Below are positions 40,718 through 46,192 of a stretch of DNA of 46,192 bases, in pieces; position 1 is the stretch's first letter, and every line of letters begins with the position of its first letter. Location of the stretch: assembly GCA_012862495.1 (NCBI GenBank), contig BLSG01000059.1:145927-192118 (forward strand). The letters run 5' to 3'. The notes below the pieces were generated by a model. It worked only from the letters and a program-made list of their open reading frames with translations, made no database searches and was not told the DNA's origin. This stretch comes from Thraustochytrium aureum (Eukaryota). A program made the position numbers and the translations under genes.

Positions 40718-43700
40718 CTAGTCGCTGATTTCTGGCGATGGCGGCGCGGTCGCGGCCCTTGTGAGCGCGTCGATCCAGGCGAGCCGCTTGGCCTCGCTGT
40801 TCGCAACCAAAACAACCCTGCAAAGGTGAGCCTTGGACGAGCCCGCTGCATCTTGAGACGGCTTGCCAGGGACCTGGGCGACAAGCGCAAAGGCGAGCTC
40901 TGGCTTCGCGCAGCCATGAAGCTCGCTGACGGGCAGGTGGGTTTGGATGGCCACGATGTTGTCGAGTCGAGCCAGAGCCGGCTTATTGACGTCAAACATG
41001 ACGCGCGAATCCCACCACGCCACAGCACGATCGCCAGGCAAGTAGAAGAAAAACGCGAGAGTCCACTTGTGCCGGGTCTTTTTGAGCTTGGAGGGCACGG
41101 CACGAAGCATGCGCAGGTGGCTGCCAAATCCGTCCTCGATGTCCTCGGCCGCGAGGTCGACAGCAACGGGGCGAGGGTTGGTTGGAATGTAGAACCGCGC
41201 AGAAGCCGCTTCCTCCTCCTTCACTTCCCTCCCGCCGGGTCCTGCTAAGCAAATAAGCCGGGATTGCAAACCTGCTCCGACGTCGACGCCCAACCCCTGC
41301 CGCTTTGCGGCAGGCTGCGTCGGCACCTCGTTTCCAGCCGCGGCCCAAGTTCTCTTCGCCGCCACGATTCCGCCAGCGCAAGCCTCGCGCAAGTCGTCGT
41401 CGGTCGGCGTTAGCGCCAGCAGGTGGTTGAAGCGCAGGCTCATTGTGCCCATGGGGCGAAAGTGCTCGGTAAACATGAAGAGCGAGACGAACATGAGCAA
41501 GAAGCGACTGGGCACCAACGTAAATAAGAGCGCCAGGATCGAGAGCAGCTGGAGGATCTTGGCCGTCTTCCGCGGGTGCGACCAGTTGAACAGGTTCTTG
41601 AAGTGCTCCGCCTTGTTGTTGAAGTTGTACAAGGTGGTTTGAAGACTGTCCAAGCGCTGGTTGATCATGCGAAGTCGCGCTATCGGGTTGAGTTTCTCTG
41701 CGCGTTTGGCCTCGTCGATGGCCATCAGTCGCTCCTTCGCCTTTGGATCGGGCAGGACAAGCTCAACACGAACGAGCACCTCGGGGCGCTGCTCGCCGCC
41801 GTGCTCCAACACCTGCTTGTCAGCATGCCCACCGTCAAATCGCGCACTAAGCGGAAGCCACTGCTCAAACACAGGCTGCTTCAGCTTCGTCTCGTCCCGC
41901 ACCACAGCCGCGACTGGAATCCTCGCAACGCCAAGAAAACGAGAACTCGCACCGTCCTGCGCCTTGTCCTCCACTTCAACGAGAACCTCGGACGCACAGC
42001 GAAACCACGACTCTGGATCGCAAAGCTTGGCCAGCGCACCGGGCCCAGCAGGCACAACTCGATTCTCGGCGCTCAAGGCTCCCCCTGAAAGGGAAAACGG
42101 CTCAAGCCCTGGGAGCGAGCCGCCCGGCAAACCCCTTGGCGCTTTGCCAATATCGCGGGGAGATTCATTGCAAGACCTGCGCCAGGACTCGAGAAGCATC
42201 TTGCCAGAGCTCGGGTTGGAAAAGTCGACCACGAGAACGCTGAGCAAAACGCGGCCGAGTCCTGGGCCTGCTGGGGCAGCTTGCTCGGGCCCCTTTCGCC
42301 CACTGTCTGACTCTGACTCGAATTCGTCTGCGCTGTGAAAGCCGTCCTCAAATGGCGCGCTTGCGACGTCTTGCGCCCCCACGGTTCGCTCCATTATGTC
42401 GTCCGCGGAGTGCTGAAGGACCACCCACCTTGGTGCAAGCGTGGAGTGCCCAAACTCACGCGCCACCTCCGTGACCGGGATCGCCCAGCTGCCAAGCTTT
42501 TCGCGCGAGAGGGCGTCTGCGTCCCACAAGTTGACCACGAGCCGGTCTGTGGGCATGATCGGCTTCGAGGTCCCGAGAACAAACTCTTGATTCCACCGTG
42601 GGCTGAGCGTGCGCGCCATCGTCTTTGACCGCACCGAGTTGGTTACCCCGTGCTCGCCCGGCGAGACAATGAGTATCTCGGCGAAAGGGTCAGAGAAGCC
42701 AGTCATGTCAGCAACGCGCAAGCCTTCAGCCCGGAGCAGGCGGACAAACACCAAGGTCCCGCTCAGGGGAAGCAGGTGCAGATCGGCTTGGAAGGCCGGC
42801 ACTACAGAGCCCCCGCCGCAATCCCACTCCACCAGCTCCCCGTGGAACGAAGACTTTTGGGCTCGCCCGACGCTAAACCCTGTCTTCGAGGAGGCGAACT
42901 CGGGCTGCTGCGTCGGGAGACTGGTTCGCGTGTATCCGATCTTGATGGCGTGGCCGACCCCGAGGCATTGGCGGATGAGAACCTTTGCTCGCGCGGCTGG
43001 CAGGGCTCGCTGCGCACGGGCGTTGGGTGACTGGCTTTGGCGGGAGCCTGCCACAGCTTCGACAGTTGTCGCATCCAGACGATCTGTGCGCAGCGCTACC
43101 TGGGATGACACGTTGCTCTCTAAACCTGCCCGCCTCGACCGTCGCAGAGAGAGGCGGCCAAAGACGCCGGAAACTGCCGCTCTGCTTCGCTTAGGCGACC
43201 CCGGGTTGAGCGCCGCCGCCGGGGCCGCGAACCGGGCACTTGCGTCGGGGCCAGCGCCTGCACAAGTCGGAGGGCTCGTAGCCTGATTCGACTCAACAGG
43301 GCCGTTCCAAGAGAGGGACATCTGCCGTGCCCGAGCTTGGTCGCCTTGCATGGGAAGCCCTCTCGCGCGCAAGACCGCAATCCGCAAACGCGCACTGGTA
43401 GTGCGGGCGCGAGCGTCAGAGAGCATGCTTTGCACAAACTTGCCCGACGTGCGATCGTGGTGCTTGCGCATCACGTAAATCAGCAAAACGTATACGGGGA
43501 GCGCCAAGACGCGTTCGGAAAGCGAGTCGAAGCAGCAGAAGAAGACTGTGAGCGTGATGGCGAAAATGGTGTGCGCCTTGTTCTCCCAATTGAGTAGATG
43601 GCCGATTCCGCCCCCCGCTTCTGCGAGCCAGCCTGCAATCGCCGCTGTGCGGTTGAGCTCGTGTCGGATGTTGGCCAGGCTGAAAGGCTTGGTAGGGCGC

Positions 43701-46192
43701 ATGGTGGGGTTCGGATTGGGCATGAGAACGTCCCCTATTCGCTCCTCGAAGGACGCCTCTACCCACACTGTGGCCTGCACCTTGCCAAGTTTGGTCAGCG
43801 GGAGCTTGATGCGGGGCCACACTCGTCGCGCCGTGAGCGTGGCCTGCGAGTGCACGATCTGGGCCTCGAGCTCGAGCATGTCAAACGTGGTAATGGCCAC
43901 CTCGCCAAACAGCTTGCCCCACTTCGAGTTGCGCGCGTGCGTAGTGCTGGCGCCTACCTCGTTCTGTGGCGCCGCGCTGCTCCGAGGGCCCGACACGCGC
44001 GCGGACCACACCTCGATCTGAACTGGCGAAAACATTTCGTGGATTGCAAAGGTGTAAGTGTGCGTGGAAGGCGAAAAGCTGATGCTGAGGGTACCCATGA
44101 CTCCCCTCGTCGCCACTGTGCGGTCCTTGTACCGAACGATGGTGCGATATGTGTGGTCAAACCCGTTCCGTTTGACCTTGAGGTTGAGCAAGCGGAGGTG
44201 AAAGTAACCAAGGGTGGGGCGCAGCTCGTCTTCAAACTCGATCTCAAAGAGCTGTATCTGGACTTTCGGGGCCGTCCCCGGGAAAAGGCCCGGCTCAAGC
44301 AGGACCCAATCTTGCTCGTTCGAGCGGAGAAGAGCTTCGACGCGCTCGAGCGAGAGCGAAGTGCTCGCGACAAGGGCGTCGCTCGAAGCGTCAAACACGC
44401 CGAGCGTGATGAGATCGGGCACTGGACCCCTCGCCTTCTGCGCCCGTTTGAGCGGCTCTGCAAACCCGTCAAAGAGGCTGTGGTGATTGAAGATGGCCAG
44501 GCCGCTGAGGTGGTGATGAAAGGGCACCTCGCCTGTTTCCCGCGTCTCGTAGCCCAGGTGGAGCTTGCAGTACAGCGTCGCGGGAAAGTAGGGAATCGCC
44601 GCGGTTGACGCCGGGGGGTCGCCAAGCGGTCAACGCTGGGGCGCAATGTCGGTCATGCAGCCCAGGCGCAGGGCGAGGCTTCGCTTTTTCACCATGCGCA
44701 TCTCGCCGATGGGGACGAACAGCAGTTTGACCCGGATGAAGCCGCGCTGATCCAGGGCAGCCCCGTTCTGAACGACTGGATCGAAAAGCTCCGCGTTCTG
44801 ATCGTCGCTTCCAGAGGGCGGATGGGCTGCGGACGCGTGGGCGGCTGGCTTTTCCGCAGCAGAGTCTGCCGCTGCGCCTTCACGCTGCGCTGCGGTCGCG
44901 GCGATTCTCGTCGCGGTGGCCGCGTTGCGCACCTTGCTAGAAACAGCAGCGAGCGAGCGAAGCCCTGCGGAGGCGCCGATACGCTCGGTGGTGCTGGATA
45001 CCGCGTTGAACGCCGCGCTTTCCTCGTCGGTGTCCGAGTCGTCGCGCTCACTCCCTCTGCTGAGTGACGAAAAGAGCCCCGAGGCGGCACCTTGCGAATC
45101 TGCGGCGCCGTTCTCGGGAGGCGATTGCGCTGCGCGGTTCGAGGCGCCTGGCGCAGAGTTGACGCTGTCGATTCCGCTATCTTCGGCCTCGTCGTCAGCA
45201 AAGCTGTCCCCAGAGCGCTGCCGGTTATGCCGAAAGGCGAGAGTCGCGGTGGTGGGCGAGGCGCGCCGGAAGAAGGACGAGACAAATCTGCGCGGGGAGG
45301 ACGCGCCGGTGCGCGCGCCTTCGGACAACTCGTCGTCGCCTCGGGGGGCGGCTTGGTCGTCGTCTAGATCGTCTGTGCCGTCCTCATGCGGCTCGAGCAT
45401 AAAGTCCTCCACCAACTCGGCGCCCTGTTTGTCGACATACCCAAGGCGATCGAGCACAGCTCCGAGGTCGATCTCGGCCTTGCCGATGCGGCCGGCCTCC
45501 TCACAGGAAACGTCTAGCCGCAGCGTGTCCATCCGACCGAGCCCGCTACGCGCGGCGTCTACAGACTTGCGAAAGGTGTATTTTTCGTTCCAGATCGGGT
45601 TGCTGGTGCGCCTCTGCGCTTTCGATCGGACGGGTTTGTGGGCTCCGCACCTGAGCCGGACAAAAGGCGAGAGGAGCAGCGAGCGAGCGCTTGGCGCGGC
45701 GAGCTGGCGGCCGCTGAGGATCGTGACGCGCAACTCGTAGAGCCATTCTTTGCCTTTGTAGAGCGCTCGCGCCTTGGCGTCGTCGGACTGTGTCCGCGGG
45801 GGCACGTAGAGCGCGGAGATTTGAACTTCGCCAGCGCAGTTGTACTTTGTGGATTCGAGCGGGAACCAGGTCGGCTTTTGGGGCTCGATCTGGCTTTTCA
45901 CCCAGAGCACGGGCACGCTAACTGCACCGAGCTTGTCGTCGGAGACGCCTTCCAAAAACCCAAAGTCTTTGTCGAACAAGGTCAGCGAAATGAGGTCTGT
46001 GTCGGCGACGTAGCCCTTTTCGCCAAACTGGAAGAGCTGGTTCCACTTTGGCGAGAGAGACTTTTCGACCACGCGAGTCCGAAACGCCTTGCCCGTGCGC
46101 GCGCCGGAGCTTCGCCTGCACTCGAGCACGCAGTATGGATCGCTTGACCCGTTTGCATCTGTCGAGACCAAGTTGCGCGCCTGAATGACGCG
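40718..46192 (-). CDS. Multiple-C2-domain transmembrane (MCTP-like) protein with a C-terminal PH domain; 5'-partial; in-frame TGA at 44630-44632
   Basis: C2 motifs (IQARNL...DANGSSDPYC...SLSPKWNQ...FDKD; LSGRQL...TSNPIWNE; LRAEGL.VADMTGFSDPF...LSPRWNQEF...WDAD), two membrane hairpins (LLNWEN..., LFNWSHP...) and a PH-like end (ANSEAKRLAWIDAL). ORFs 44630-46171 and 40718-44527 share one frame. Confidence 0.85.

Noticed and set aside
9402..46192. BAR, SYLF-SH3 and MCTP genes as a membrane-remodelling gene cluster (likewise RBR plus MINDY as a ubiquitin cluster)
   Set aside because: They are interspersed with unrelated housekeeping genes on both strands, with no sign of co-regulation; such families are common enough to co-occur by chance.

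Overview
GC-rich, gene-dense eukaryotic nuclear DNA from a draft assembly with 11 N-gaps. Introns are few and short (GT...CTRAC...AG), some in 5' UTRs. The style suggests a heterotrophic stramenopile such as a thraustochytrid/labyrinthulomycete, but that is inference only. About 18 protein-coding genes are supported. In order: a Pro/Thr-linker, Cys-module protein (5'-partial), MOCS2B, a 7-TM GPCR-like protein, an RBR-type E3 ligase, a BAR protein, a MINDY deubiquitinase, mitochondrial ATP synthase delta, a histidine phosphatase, CCT5, a SYLF-SH3 protein, an unknown protein, a NICE-3/Dlt1-like membrane protein, ISWI, a bacterial-type tautomerase, SNRNP27, a second Cys-module paralogue, a PPP phosphatase, UTP25 and a large MCTP-like C2/PH protein. 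No tRNA, rRNA, CRISPR array or recognisable transposon was seen. A loxP-containing paired-end library linker is assembled into ISWI at 27029-27060. Many conserved genes carry single-base frameshifts, mostly at short homopolymers, which most likely reflect pyrosequencing-type error rather than biology. The most interesting biology is (i) the pair of secreted Cys-module proteins with an RR(x)L processing-like motif, (ii) an IBR-less RBR ligase with SUMO-interacting-like motifs, (iii) a rearranged MCTP with C2 domains between its membrane hairpins, a PH domain and an in-frame TGA, and (iv) a tautomerase lacking Pro-1, probably of bacterial origin.
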